Assembly (NCBI GenBank): GCA_050115495.1
Contig: JASFQK010000012.1
Span: 32,001 to 96,000 of the forward strand
Length of the DNA: 64,000 nucleotides
DNA from: Phycisphaerae bacterium
GTDB lineage: Bacteria; Planctomycetota; Phycisphaerae; UBA1845; Fen-1342
Direction: 5' to 3'
Shown: positions 9,053 through 19,659 of the stretch, piece by piece
Position numbering within the stretch: position 1 is the stretch's first letter
Layout: each line of letters opens with the position of its first letter
Made by a program: the position numbers and the translations under genes
Notes under the pieces: generated by a model
Database searches by the model: none
What the model was told of the DNA's origin: nothing
What the model saw: the letters and a program-made list of their open reading frames with translations, nothing else

Positions 9053-12000
9053 ATGAGATTGGGTACCAAGCTCGTGTCCGCTTTTCTGGGCTGCGGCCTG
9101 CTCCCTGTGGCCATCGTCGCCGTCGTGAGTTATCGCACCGCCGACAACGGCATGCACGCCATCACGCAGGAGTCCGGCACGGCGCTGAACGCGGCGGCGT
9201 TCAACCAGCTCACCGCCCTGCGTGACGTGAAGAAGGCCCAGGTCGAGAGCTACTTCGCCCAACGGCACCGTGACCTGGCCGGCCTGGTGGAGACTGTCGG
9301 TACGCTCCGGCAGGAGGCGTTCAGCAAGCTGCAGGCCAATCGCGACGTGAAGCGGGCCGCCGTCGAGCGCTACTTCCAGTCCATCCATGACCAGATCCTC
9401 ACCTTCTCCGAGGACCAGATGGTCATCGACGCCATGCGCGAACTGCGGCAGGACTTCCGCAAGTTCCGCGACGAGAACCACGTCACCGCAGAGACGCTTC
9501 AGAAACAGAAGGAGGAGCTGCGCACCTACTACGCGGGCGAGTTCACCGCCGAGTATCGCAACCAGAACGGCGGCCAGACGCCCGACATGGATTCGTACTT
9601 CTCCAAGCTGGACGACGACTCGATCGCCCTGCAACACGCGTACATCCGCGCCAACAGCAACCCGCTGGGCTCGAAGCACCGTCTCGACCGGGCCGAGGAC
9701 GAGTCGAGCTACAGCAGGCTGCACGGCCGGCTGCACCCGATCGTCCGCAAGTACCTGGAGAAGTTCGGCTACTACGACATCTTCCTGGTCGATCCGGATA
9801 CGGGCGACATCGTTTACACCGTCTTCAAGGAGCTGGACTTCAGCACGTCGCTGCTGGACGGGCCGAACGCCGGGACGAACTTCGGCGAGGCCTTCCGGGC
9901 CGCCAACGCGGCGACGGACCGGGACGCCGTCGTGCTGGTGGACTACAAGCAGTACCTGCCGTCGTACGAGGCGCCGGCCAGCTTCATCGCCTCGCCGATC
10001 TATGACGGCGACGAGAAGATCGGCGTGGCCATGTTCCAGATGCCTATCGATCGGTTGAACACGATCATGGGCGAGCGCTCCGGGCTGGGTGAGACCGGCG
10101 AGACGTACCTGGTCGGCCCCGACAAGCTGATGCGCTCGGACTCGTACCTCGATCCGCAGCACCGCAACGTCGTGTCCGCGTTCCGCCAGCCGGAGACGGG
10201 AAAGATCGACACCGGCTCCACCGCCCGCGGTCTGGCCGGTGAGTCGGGCATGCAACTGCTCACGAGCTACACGGGCCACCCGGTGCTGAGCGCCTACTGC
10301 CCGGTCAAGGTCGGCGACTTCACCTGGACGCTGGTGGCCGAGATCGACGTGACCGAGGCCTTCTGCCCGAAGAGCGAGAGCGGCGAGCAGTACTACAAGA
10401 AGTACATCGAGATGTGCGGGTACTATGACCTGTTCCTGCTCAACCCGGACGGCTACTGCTTCTATACTGTCTGCCACGAGTCCGACTACCAGACCAACCT
10501 CGTGAATGGTCCGTACGCCCAGACGGGCCTGGGCGAGGTCTTCCGGCAGGTGCTCAAGAGTGGGCAGTTCGGCTTCGCCGACTTCGAGCCGTACGCACCC
10601 AGCAACGGCGATCCGGCGGCGTTCATCGCCCAGCCGGTCGTGCACGAGGGGGATACGGAGGTCGTCGTGGCCCTGCAACTGCCGCTCGAAGGCATCAACA
10701 ACATCATGTCGTTGCGCAGCGGCATGGGCGAAACCGGGGAGACGTACCTGGTGGGGCCTGACAAGCTGATGCGTTCGGACTCGTACCTCGATCCGACGGG
10801 GCATTCCGTCGTCGCCTCGTTCAAGGACCCGAGCAAGGGGGCCGTGGACACCGAGGCTGCGCGGGCCGCCCTGAACAGCCAGACCGACACCAAGGTCGCC
10901 ACGGACTACACCGGGAAGCGCGTGCTGAGCGCCTACGCGCCGGTGGACGTGTTCGGCACGCGGTGGGCGCTGCTGGCCGAGATCGACGAGGCGGAAGCGC
11001 TGGCGGCCGTCCAGCACGCCGGACAGGTTTCGAAGTCGGCCGGCACGACGCTGCTGGTCTGGGTCGGTGCCTGTGTCGGGCTGGCCGTGATCGCGGTGAC
11101 GCTCATCAGTCTCTTCGTCGCCCGCTCGATCAGCAAGCCGATCAACCGCGCCATCCAGCAGCTCTCGGAAGGTGCGTCGCAGGTTACCGAAGCCTCCTCA
11201 CAGGTGGCCTCCACGTCGCAGCAACTGGCCCACGGTGCCGGCGAGCAGGCGTCATCGCTGGAGGAGACCTCCGCCGCGCTCGAAGAGGTGGCCGCGATGA
11301 CCCGCACCAACGCGGAGAACGCCCGCCAGGCCAACGACCTGAGCGATCAGGCCCGCGGTGCCGCCCAGGAAGGCGACCAGACCATGAGCCGGCTGAATGA
11401 CGCTATGAGTGCCATCAACGAGTCGTCCGACAAGATCAGCAAGATCATCAAGGTCATCGAGGAGATCGCTTTCCAGACGAACCTGCTGGCGCTCAACGCG
11501 GCGGTCGAGGCCGCCCGGGCCGGGGAGCACGGCAAGGGCTTTGCCGTCGTGGCCGAGGAGGTTCGCAACCTCGCCCAGCGTGCTGCCGGCGCTGCGCGTG
11601 AGACCACCGGCCTGATCGAAGAGTCCGTCGACCGCGCTCAGGAAGGCGCGGGTGTCGCCCGGGATGTGGGCGCGGCCCTCTCCCGCATCGTCACGGACGT
11701 GGCCAAAGTGACGGACATCATCAACGGCATCGCCCAGGCCAGCAACGAGCAGGCCCAGGGTGTCGAGCAGGTCAACGGTGCCGTTTCGCAGATGGACAAG
11801 GTCACGCAGTCGAACGCCGCCGCCGCCGAAGAGGCCGCCGCTGCCGCGCAGCAGCTTTCCGCCCAGGCGAATGCGGTGAACGCTGTTGTGAGCGGTCTGG
11901 CTCGCGTGGTCGGCGGCGAGATCCGTTCCGCCGACAACGCCGACAAGCCCGCGCCGCCTGCCGAGGCGACGCGTGCCCAGGCGGAGCGGCGCCCTGCTCA

Positions 12001-12070
12001 GCCTGCTCCGCAGCAGCGGCGGCCGGCCGTCCGCGACTACACGGTCGACGATGACGTCACCGGCTTCTAG
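9053..12070 (+). CDS. Methyl-accepting chemotaxis protein, paralogue of the upstream gene
   Basis: Same architecture and hairpin-tip motif; RBS GGAG at 9041. Confidence 0.95.
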   Translation: MRLGTKLVSAFLGCGLLPVAIVAVVSYRTADNGMHAITQESGTALNAAAFNQLTALRDVKKAQVESYFAQRHRDLAGLVETVGTLRQEAFSKLQANRDVKRAAVERYFQSIHDQILTFSEDQMVIDAMRELRQDFRKFRDENHVTAETLQKQKEELRTYYAGEFTAEYRNQNGGQTPDMDSYFSKLDDDSIALQHAYIRANSNPLGSKHRLDRAEDESSYSRLHGRLHPIVRKYLEKFGYYDIFLVDPDTGDIVYTVFKELDFSTSLLDGPNAGTNFGEAFRAANAATDRDAVVLVDYKQYLPSYEAPASFIASPIYDGDEKIGVAMFQMPIDRLNTIMGERSGLGETGETYLVGPDKLMRSDSYLDPQHRNVVSAFRQPETGKIDTGSTARGLAGESGMQLLTSYTGHPVLSAYCPVKVGDFTWTLVAEIDVTEAFCPKSESGEQYYKKYIEMCGYYDLFLLNPDGYCFYTVCHESDYQTNLVNGPYAQTGLGEVFRQVLKSGQFGFADFEPYAPSNGDPAAFIAQPVVHEGDTEVVVALQLPLEGINNIMSLRSGMGETGETYLVGPDKLMRSDSYLDPTGHSVVASFKDPSKGAVDTEAARAALNSQTDTKVATDYTGKRVLSAYAPVDVFGTRWALLAEIDEAEALAAVQHAGQVSKSAGTTLLVWVGACVGLAVIAVTLISLFVARSISKPINRAIQQLSEGASQVTEASSQVASTSQQLAHGAGEQASSLEETSAALEEVAAMTRTNAENARQANDLSDQARGAAQEGDQTMSRLNDAMSAINESSDKISKIIKVIEEIAFQTNLLALNAAVEAARAGEHGKGFAVVAEEVRNLAQRAAGAARETTGLIEESVDRAQEGAGVARDVGAALSRIVTDVAKVTDIINGIAQASNEQAQGVEQVNGAVSQMDKVTQSNAAAAEEAAAAAQQLSAQANAVNAVVSGLARVVGGEIRSADNADKPAPPAEATRAQAERRPAQPAPQQRRPAVRDYTVDDDVTGF

Positions 12071-12305
12071 CTGACCAGCCAACCGGCGAGCGGGTGTGCG
12101 CTCCGACGCGCCCGCTCGCCGGCGGCCCAGGTTTCGCGCCGACCGCCCCCGTCCGTCCTGACCACATCCGTCCCTCCCCTGCTTCCGCCGGCGTTGCGGC
12201 CACGGTAGCATCCTGTTTGCCCTGTGTGTCCAGGCGTCTGGGCCCGCATGCAGTTCCCCCGCGCGGCGCCGGTCCTGGTTTCAGCGGGGGCTCTGAGGTC
12301 AGCGC

Positions 12306-13049
12306 ATGGACTTCCGCAATTGCTATGAGGATGACGCGTACGCCGCTTCCTACGCCCGGCTCGAATTCCCCGGCACGTACTACCTCGCCTTCCGCGATCT
12401 GCCCGAGCTGTTCAGCCGACACGCCCGCGGCGGGCGGGCGCTCGACTTCGGCTGCGGCACGGGACGCTCGACACGTTTTCTCGTACGGCACGGCTTCGAT
12501 GCGCTCGGCGTCGACATCTCGCCCGGTATGGTGGAGCGGGCGCGGACCATCGACGCCGCCGGCGATTACCGCCTCATCACCGACGGTGACCTGAGCCAGT
12601 TCCCCGAGGCATCCTTCGACCTGATTCTGTCGGCGTTCACGTTCGACAACGTGCCCACCCGCGAGCGCAAAGTGGCGCTGTTTGGCGCCCTGTGTCGCCT
12701 GCTGCGCCCTTCTGGCCGGCTGATCAACCTCGTCTCGTCGCCGGAGATCTACTGGCACGAGTGGGCGTCGTTCAGCACGAAGGACTTTCCGGAGAATCGA
12801 CAGGCCCAATGCGGCGACGAAGTGCGGATCGTCGTCACCGCCCTGGACGATCATCGGCCAGCGGTGGACGTTCTGTGGCCAGAGGACGCGTATCGCGACG
12901 TGTACGCCGCCGCCGGCCTGGAGGTCGTGGACGTGCATCGCCCGCTGGGCCGCCCGGACGAGCCGCACGCCTGGGTGAGCGAGACGACGACGGCCCCGTG
13001 GACGATCTACGTTCTCGGCCCGGCGGCGGGTTCGCACGCCGTCGACTGA
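12306..13049 (+). CDS. Class I SAM-dependent methyltransferase
   Basis: ALDFGCGTG, GVDIS, FDLILS. Confidence 0.9.
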   Translation: MDFRNCYEDDAYAASYARLEFPGTYYLAFRDLPELFSRHARGGRALDFGCGTGRSTRFLVRHGFDALGVDISPGMVERARTIDAAGDYRLITDGDLSQFPEASFDLILSAFTFDNVPTRERKVALFGALCRLLRPSGRLINLVSSPEIYWHEWASFSTKDFPENRQAQCGDEVRIVVTALDDHRPAVDVLWPEDAYRDVYAAAGLEVVDVHRPLGRPDEPHAWVSETTTAPWTIYVLGPAAGSHAVD

Positions 13050-13089
13050 GCGAATCCGCTGGTCGCGTGGCAAGTGGAGTACTGCGCAG

Positions 13090-13512
13090 ATGGACGAGCC
13101 CCTCTTCCCCGACAAGTCGCATAAGCCGACCGACGCTGATCTTCAAGCTGTCCTCGGCGCGGCCAAGCGCCACTGGGATAGCCTGACAGCGCACGCGCTC
13201 GAAGCCGATCCGGCGGCGGTGCCCGAGTGGAAGTACTACATGAAGAAGACCGGCTGGACGTTTCTCCTGCGGGGCAAACGTCGGAACTTGCTGTACATGC
13301 GTCCTGTCGCCAAGGGGCGGTTCAACGTGACGTTCGTCTTCGGCGACAAGGCCGCGAAAGCCGCCGAGGAATCCGACCTGCCCGAGCACGTCGTCGAGGA
13401 AATCCGCCAGTCGCCGAAGTACCCCGAAGGCCGCGCCGCCCGCGTCGAAGTGAAGACCGCCGCCGACCCGAAGATCGCCCGGCAGCTTCTGGCGATCAAG
13501 CTGGCGCACTGA
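13090..13512 (+). CDS. DUF3788-like protein
   Basis: EWKYY..KTGW, FNVTFVFGDKA, YPEGR, LLAIK pattern. Confidence 0.7.
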   Translation: MDEPLFPDKSHKPTDADLQAVLGAAKRHWDSLTAHALEADPAAVPEWKYYMKKTGWTFLLRGKRRNLLYMRPVAKGRFNVTFVFGDKAAKAAEESDLPEHVVEEIRQSPKYPEGRAARVEVKTAADPKIARQLLAIKLAH

Positions 13513-13540
13513 TCGGGTTGGGTGCGACGCGTCGCCAGGC

Positions 13541-15211
13541 TCAGCCATCGGGCGCAGCGTGTGCCGTGCCTCTGAGCACCTTGCGAACGGCCCGGGCCAT
13601 GTGCAGGCCGACCTGGTCCTCCTCGTCGACCACGATTGGGGCGCCAGCCACCATCAGCTCCCAGCGATATACGTGATAGCGTGCCCGGGCGATGATCGTC
13701 GCCTCCGGAGCAATGGCGCGGACCTGCTCGATTACCTGCCGGGCTCCCGCCGGGTCCGGCAGCGTCACCGCCACGGCCAGCGCAGCCTCGACGCCCAGAT
13801 GCTCCAGCACCTCTCGTTGCGTCGCGTCGCCGATGTGCGTCGGCAATCCGTAGCTGCGGGCGACGGCCGCTGATTTCCGGTTCAACTCGACTATGACCAG
13901 CAGCGACTTGTACCGCGGCAGCAGCGCCTCGGTAATACGCCGCCCGGCGGGCCCGAAGCCGACGATGATGACGTGGCCGCGCAATCGCCCTGCCGTTTCT
14001 CCCTCAGTGGATAGCGTTTGCCCGACTACGGCCAAGCGGCGACCCACGGCTGTCGCCAGTCGTGGCGCAGCGGCCACCAGGTACGGCGTGAGGAAGAGCG
14101 TCGCGATCGTCGCCGCCACGAGGAGGTCGAAGAGCCCGCCGTCAATCACGCGTCCCTGGCGTGCCACTTCCGCCAGCACGAACGAGAACTCGCCCACCTG
14201 GGCCAGGCAGACGCCGGTAGCCACGGCATGTCCCGGCGGACAGCGGAACAGCCACACCACACCGGCGGCCACCATCGCCTTGCCCGCCACGATGGCCACC
14301 ACGACCGGAACCACCGTCGTCCAGTGGGTCAACGCCCACGCCGGGTTGCTCAGCATGCCGATCGAGCTGAAGAACAGCGTTACGAAGAGCGTGCGGATCG
14401 ACGCGACGTCGGCGCGGATCTGCGTAGCAAACGGCGATTCCGCGAGGAGCAGGCCGGCGACGAACGCTCCCAGCGCCGGCGACAGCCCCAGCTCGTGCGA
14501 CGTCCACGCCGCTCCGACCGCGGTTACGATCGCCAGCAGGATCGGCAGGTCGCGGTTCCGCGCCGCTGCCGACGTGCCCAGCAGTGGCGGGACGACGTAG
14601 TTCAGCACGACGAACAACCCGGCGCCCAGGAGTCCGCCCAGGCCGACCGCGCGGCCCAGCTCCCAGCCGACGCTCAGCGGCGACGCCGCCCCCTCTCGGG
14701 CGAGTGCCGTCACCACGAGCACGAGCGGCACGACCGCCATGTCCTGCACTAGCAGGATGCCCAGGGCGCTCCGGCCATGCAGGCCGTCGATTTCCGCACG
14801 CCGTGCCAGCAGGCGCAGCACGCACGCGGTGCTGCTCAGCGCGATCATCGCTCCGATCGCGACCGCCGACCGCCCACCTAGGCCCAGTGCCAGGCACGCT
14901 CCGGCGGCCAGCCCGCCCGTGAGCAGCACCTGCGCGGTTCCGCCACCGAAGGCGATCGCTCCGATACGCCGCAGCCGGCGCCACGAGAACTCCAGTCCGA
15001 TCGTGAACAAGAGCAGGGCGACGCCGAGCTCGGCGATGGCCGCGACGGACTTATGGCTGGGCATGAGGTCCAGAGCGTTGGGACCGAGAAGCGTCCCCGC
15101 GAGCAGGTAGCCGAGTATGGCACTCTGCCGCAGCCGCTCGCACAGCGCGCCGAGCAACGTCGCCGCCGCGAGGAGGATGAGCACATCCAGGAGTGCCGTC
15201 CACAGATCCAC
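13541..15211 (-). CDS. CPA2 cation:proton antiporter (KefC-like) with TrkA-N domain
   Basis: GVALLLFTIGLE, LSSTA, LLVQD, QVGEFSFV, IIVGFGPAG; GTG start with GGAG RBS. Confidence 0.9.
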   Translation of the reverse strand: MDLWTALLDVLILLAAATLLGALCERLRQSAILGYLLAGTLLGPNALDLMPSHKSVAAIAELGVALLLFTIGLEFSWRRLRRIGAIAFGGGTAQVLLTGGLAAGACLALGLGGRSAVAIGAMIALSSTACVLRLLARRAEIDGLHGRSALGILLVQDMAVVPLVLVVTALAREGAASPLSVGWELGRAVGLGGLLGAGLFVVLNYVVPPLLGTSAAARNRDLPILLAIVTAVGAAWTSHELGLSPALGAFVAGLLLAESPFATQIRADVASIRTLFVTLFFSSIGMLSNPAWALTHWTTVVPVVVAIVAGKAMVAAGVVWLFRCPPGHAVATGVCLAQVGEFSFVLAEVARQGRVIDGGLFDLLVAATIATLFLTPYLVAAAPRLATAVGRRLAVVGQTLSTEGETAGRLRGHVIIVGFGPAGRRITEALLPRYKSLLVIVELNRKSAAVARSYGLPTHIGDATQREVLEHLGVEAALAVAVTLPDPAGARQVIEQVRAIAPEATIIARARYHVYRWELMVAGAPIVVDEEDQVGLHMARAVRKVLRGTAHAAPDG

Positions 15212-15351
15212 GTGTGTCTCCGCCACACTGTGTCGGCTACCGTCGTCGCACGCCAACTGGCGCACAGTGCTACCATCAAACGACGCGGGGGGCAATCACG
15301 GCGCTGCCAACGCGGACCGCCCACAGCCGCCGGCGGCTATAATCGTGCACC

Positions 15352-16344
15352 ATGTCGCACCGGAACCGACTCACGTTCGGTCTCATCGTTGTGCTGCTGC
15401 TGTCGGCGATCGCGGGCTGTCTGCGACCGGTCGGCTGTCCGGACGGTGGCGCGGTCGCCGATTCGATGACAGTAACGCCGACCGTCGAGCCTTATGTCGG
15501 TCGGGGCGACCCGTATGCCCCCGGGTCGCTGGCCGTGCGGACGGTCAATTTGGACTGCTGTGTGATCGGTGTTCCCGTCCCGCTGCTGATCTATGCTCCG
15601 GAGACGCCCGGCGCGTATCCGATTGTGGTGTTCTTTCATGGCTTTCTGTCGCGGAATGTTGCCTATAGCGAGATTCTGCGCCACGTTGCCAGCCACGGCT
15701 TCGTCGTGGTCGCCCCGCAGATGTACGAGCCCGGCCTGCCGGCTCTGCTGGGCAATCCGTCGGCTGCCGAGGAAGCCGATGTGGCCGGCGAGTTGCTGGA
15801 AGCGCTGCCCGGGCGGTTCGATACGCTGCTCGGCTATGCCCCCGCCGGCGACCGGGTCGGTCTGGCCGGTCACTCTCGCGGCGGAAAGGTGGCCTGGCTC
15901 GTGCTGACCGCCGACGCGTCGCGTGCCCGGGCCGTTGCCGGCGTCGATCTGGTCGACGGTACCGGCGGCCCGCTCGGGAACCAGGCCCGTGTCGTGCAGG
16001 GTCCGTTCGCCTTCAGCCTGCCCGCGCTCGTCATCGGCACTGGCCTCGGCGGAGACTGCGCCCCCGTCGGCGACAATCACGAGCAGTTCTACGCCGCGAG
16101 TGCGTCGCCGGCGTGGCACATCGTCGTGCCGGATCACGGCCACGGGGACATGCTGGACGAGGACGCTGCGGCCGCCGCCGGCGTGCCCTGCTCCACCGGC
16201 CCAAACCGCGCCGCGATGCGCCAGCTCACCGCCGGCCTGCTGACCGCCTTCTTCCGCGCCAGCCTCCAGGGCGATGCGACCGCCTATGACTACCTCACCG
16301 ACACCGACGCGGCGCCGCTGGCGATCGAAGTCGAAAGCAAGTAG
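15352..16344 (+). CDS. Chlorophyllase-like alpha/beta hydrolase, probable lipoprotein
   Basis: Lipobox IAGC; FFHGF, GHSRGGK, DLVDG, GHGDMLD. Confidence 0.8.
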   Translation: MSHRNRLTFGLIVVLLLSAIAGCLRPVGCPDGGAVADSMTVTPTVEPYVGRGDPYAPGSLAVRTVNLDCCVIGVPVPLLIYAPETPGAYPIVVFFHGFLSRNVAYSEILRHVASHGFVVVAPQMYEPGLPALLGNPSAAEEADVAGELLEALPGRFDTLLGYAPAGDRVGLAGHSRGGKVAWLVLTADASRARAVAGVDLVDGTGGPLGNQARVVQGPFAFSLPALVIGTGLGGDCAPVGDNHEQFYAASASPAWHIVVPDHGHGDMLDEDAAAAAGVPCSTGPNRAAMRQLTAGLLTAFFRASLQGDATAYDYLTDTDAAPLAIEVESK

Positions 16345-16383
16345 CCCCCTGTCCCCGGACCCTGCCCCGGTGGCGAACGGGTG

Positions 16384-18126
16384 TCAGTCCTGCCTGGGCT
16401 TTGCCTGTCTGGCCACCGCCACGATCGCGTCGAGCTTCTCGCGAACTTCGGGATCAACTTCGTCCGGCGGAATCAGGGTGGCCAACTGGTGGTAGTCCCG
16501 CTTGCGCACGAGATTGGGCAAGCCCAGGCGATCGAAGTAGGTGGCAAACAGCGGATCGAGGAACGCGTCCGTGGCCTTGGTGTCCACCCACCAGGCATGC
16601 CCCGCGTCGCGCAGCGCGACCGGCGGCATCTGGTCGTGGATCAGGGTATCCATCAGCTTCACACGCTTGTCGGCTTCCGCCTGCCCAAAGAGATCATCAT
16701 CCAGATCATGCCGGGCGTACGCCCGGAGCACGCTGGGCAGGCACAGGTAGTTCTCAATCTCGCGACGCTTCCAGCTCAGTCCGGCGGCACCGAGGTCGTC
16801 CGGCAGGTCGCGCTCCAGACGATCGAACAGGGCGACGCCAACGAGGTCGCGCTTGGCCTCGCGCAAGCCGTGGAAGTGGCGTCGCACCGCATCGGGCTGG
16901 TTCCCGACATAGTGAACGAAGGGCTCCTTCAGAGAAGCTGCCGCCTCGTGTCCTAACGTCGCCGCAAAGGCTTGGAGGATCGCGAGATCGGTCGAGCCCT
17001 CCAGGTAGAGCACCCAGCCGGTCTGCTCGGCTTGGTAGTAGTGCTCGAAGCCGATTTCATTCAGCGCCTTCAGAACCTGTGAACTGCGGTCATCCAGGCG
17101 GTGCGGCCGACCGACGAAAGCTACCACGACGTCGCGCTCGGCGGCTTCGTTCAGCACAACCTCCGAGTGGCTGGCGGCGATGATCTGCGAGCCTTGCTTC
17201 TCTGCCGTTTCTTTGAGCAGGTTGTAGATCTGGCGCTGCCGCAGGATCTCCAGGTGCGCGTCCGGCTCGTCGAGCAGCAGCACGGTTCGCGGATTCGCGT
17301 ACAGGTGCGCCAGCAACAGCAACGTCTGCTGCAATCCGCGGCCGGAGGACGAGAGATCGAGGTGCGTGCCGTCACGCTCCTCGTAGGCCATCGTGATCTC
17401 ACCGCGCTCCACGCTGAATTCCGGCGACAGCAGCTCGACGCCGAACAGAGACCGTATCGCCTTGACCAGCGCCTGCCAGTCGTTCTGCGAGTCCGCTTGA
17501 GACTGGATCTGGTAGCAGAGGTTCCGCAGCACCTGGGCGGTCTGTCCCTCGCCGATCAAGACGTTGACCCGTCCCGGCTCCCACTTCGGCTCCACCGCCG
17601 CCAGCCCGGACATCGGCGGCAGAAAGGCGATGCGTACATCCCCTGCCGCTGGCGGCACGTTCATGCGCGTTACCGTCGACCCTTCCTCTTCGCGCAGCGG
17701 GCGACAGTAGAGCGACTCTTCGTTGGCGTAGTCAAACTCGATGCCACAGGACCAAGCGTGACCCTCGGTGACGCCGTCGACGATGACGTCGATCCGGATG
17801 TTCTCGGTCTTGGGCTTCTTTCTCCCGTTCGTTTCCACCTGCTCGACGTTACGCACGTGGAGGCCGCGCCACAGCAGGCTGGCGAGTGGCACGGGCAGCG
17901 CGATAAGGTCGCGGCGATTGATCGTGACGACGGGGCGTTTCTCCGGAGACGCTTTCCCCCCGCGTTTCTCCAGCCACCGGCGGACACCGATGTTCCATAG
18001 GGCGAGGGCCTGCAAGGCCGTGGTCTTGCCGGAGTTGTTCGGGCCGATGAGTACGGTGGCCGACCCGAGGTCGATGTCGATATCATCGAACCGCTTGAAG
18101 TTCCGGATGCGAAGCCGCGTCAGCAT
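16384..18126 (-). CDS. ABC-type ATPase fused to a TOPRIM-like domain (OLD-like)
   Basis: IRNFKRF, GPNNSGKT, LSSSGRG, LLLDEPDAHL, ASHS, then YLEGSTD...LFDR...REIENYL. Confidence 0.8.
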   Translation of the reverse strand: MLTRLRIRNFKRFDDIDIDLGSATVLIGPNNSGKTTALQALALWNIGVRRWLEKRGGKASPEKRPVVTINRRDLIALPVPLASLLWRGLHVRNVEQVETNGRKKPKTENIRIDVIVDGVTEGHAWSCGIEFDYANEESLYCRPLREEEGSTVTRMNVPPAAGDVRIAFLPPMSGLAAVEPKWEPGRVNVLIGEGQTAQVLRNLCYQIQSQADSQNDWQALVKAIRSLFGVELLSPEFSVERGEITMAYEERDGTHLDLSSSGRGLQQTLLLLAHLYANPRTVLLLDEPDAHLEILRQRQIYNLLKETAEKQGSQIIAASHSEVVLNEAAERDVVVAFVGRPHRLDDRSSQVLKALNEIGFEHYYQAEQTGWVLYLEGSTDLAILQAFAATLGHEAAASLKEPFVHYVGNQPDAVRRHFHGLREAKRDLVGVALFDRLERDLPDDLGAAGLSWKRREIENYLCLPSVLRAYARHDLDDDLFGQAEADKRVKLMDTLIHDQMPPVALRDAGHAWWVDTKATDAFLDPLFATYFDRLGLPNLVRKRDYHQLATLIPPDEVDPEVREKLDAIVAVARQAKPRQD

Positions 18127-18208
18127 GGCCCTAGTGTCGCCTGCCACCCAGACCATGGCAAGGCGCCCACGACGTCCCTTGGCCGGTCCGGTGTGGTAGC
18201 AGTCTCCC

Positions 18209-18237
18209 TTGACCCACCCGCCTCGATTCGGGATAGT
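18209..18237 (+). promoter_or_regulatory. Sigma70-type promoter
   Basis: TTGACC-N17-GATAGT; implied transcription start near 18244. Confidence 0.5.
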
Positions 18238-18243
18238 AGAATT

Positions 18244-18360
18244 GGCGTACGAAGGACGCCGCCGGGCCTGCGGGAAGGATTGAATCCACCTTCGGGCGTG
18301 TTCGCTGTCACCTTCTTTTCCGCCCGCATGAGCAGGCCTCGGGCGTGATGGAAAGGAAGG
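18244..18360 (+). ncRNA. Candidate cis-regulatory structured RNA leader
   Basis: Several overlapping helices, including ccttcttttcc (18311-18321) complementary to the RBS ggaaaggaagg (18350-18360). Confidence 0.55.
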
Positions 18361-18365
18361 TCCTC

Positions 18366-19607
18366 ATGCTCCGTTCACTTCCGCCGAAGCCAAACCTGCG
18401 ATTCCTCCAACTTCAGGTCAAGGGCCTGCTCCAGGCACAGCGCCACGCGAACGCCGCCGCCTGTCCCACGCTGCGTTTGCTCGACCGCTTCCGCAACGCC
18501 GGCGACGAGGAGATTCTCGGCGCCAAGGTCATGCTGCACGAGGCGCAGTTTGCGCTGGCCTTGTCGTACGGCTTCAAGAGCTGGCCCGATCTGCGCCGCC
18601 ATCTCCAGACGCTCGTCGAGGTTACGGACCATTCGCTCGACGCCGTCCACCTGGGCACGCCCGAGGAGATCCCCGAATACGCCGCCGCCGGCGTGCCGCT
18701 GGCCACGGTGGCCGCCCTGCACCGCGCGGGCGAGAACGTCGACTTCATCGACCTCGCCGCCGGCAGCGGCTGGGCGTTCAGTTTCGGCTATCGGTACGAC
18801 GATATCTCGCCCGCCTTCCTCGCCGTGCGCGGTCGGCCCGGACGGGACGGCCCGTTCGAGGTCTTCGCCTTCCTCCCCGAACGGCTGGGCTATCGGTACG
18901 AATCGGCCCGTACGCAGGTGCTCGACGAGCTCTGGCCGTTCGTCGTTCGCCACGTCGACGCCGGCACGCCGATCATCAGCGAGCGTCTCGACGGCGGCCT
19001 GATCACGGCCTATCGCGGCGACGGGCCGGACCGTGCCGTGCTCTTCGACGGGCCCGTGGGGGCGGGCTGGGTTCCCGTCGGCGAATTGCAGCCCTACGCC
19101 GTCTACGTGCTGCAGCGCGACGGCCAGCCGCAGCCGACCAGACAGATTGACGCCGAGGCCTTACGGCGAGCTGTTGCCAAGGCGGCGCCGCATACGTGGC
19201 GAGGCGTACCGCAGGGCTTGGCGGCGCTCGAGGCCTATCTGGTGGATGTGGCCGATCCGAACAAGGCCTTCGCGGAAACGCCGGAATGGTTCTGTTGGGC
19301 GGCGTTTGAGCGTCTGACGGCGCGCAAATGCTGCGCTTTGTGGCTCCGCCGACTGGCCGAGCGGTTCGGCGCCCCCGCCAGGAAGCCGCTCCGTGCCGCG
19401 GCCGACCACTACGCGGCGGCGTACGAGCAGTATGAGCAATATCGCCGGGCGGTCACGGCGGGCGAACCGACCCGCGAGGATCTACTCCACCGCGCCCGCA
19501 CTCCCGCGCGGATCGCCGCGATCCTCCCACTGCTGACGGCCGGCATCGAGGAAGAAACCCGGGGTCTGGAGCAGCTCCAGGCTGCCGCCGACCAGACCGC
19601 TGATTGA
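18366..19607 (+). CDS. Hypothetical protein: helical N-terminal domain plus BtrH-like domain
   Basis: N-terminus LPPKPNL...AQFALALSYGFKSWPDL; then DLAAGSGWAF...LGYRY...VDAGTPII. Confidence 0.75.
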   Translation: MLRSLPPKPNLRFLQLQVKGLLQAQRHANAAACPTLRLLDRFRNAGDEEILGAKVMLHEAQFALALSYGFKSWPDLRRHLQTLVEVTDHSLDAVHLGTPEEIPEYAAAGVPLATVAALHRAGENVDFIDLAAGSGWAFSFGYRYDDISPAFLAVRGRPGRDGPFEVFAFLPERLGYRYESARTQVLDELWPFVVRHVDAGTPIISERLDGGLITAYRGDGPDRAVLFDGPVGAGWVPVGELQPYAVYVLQRDGQPQPTRQIDAEALRRAVAKAAPHTWRGVPQGLAALEAYLVDVADPNKAFAETPEWFCWAAFERLTARKCCALWLRRLAERFGAPARKPLRAAADHYAAAYEQYEQYRRAVTAGEPTREDLLHRARTPARIAAILPLLTAGIEEETRGLEQLQAAADQTAD

Positions 19608-19659
19608 GGTCAACGTCGCCTGCCGCGCGTATAATAGAAGGTGTAAAAGGGTTCTGTGC

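Noticed and set aside
16384..19607. Gabija or retron-type multi-gene system
   Set aside because: No UvrD helicase or RT is adjacent, and the neighbouring gene is divergent and unrelated.
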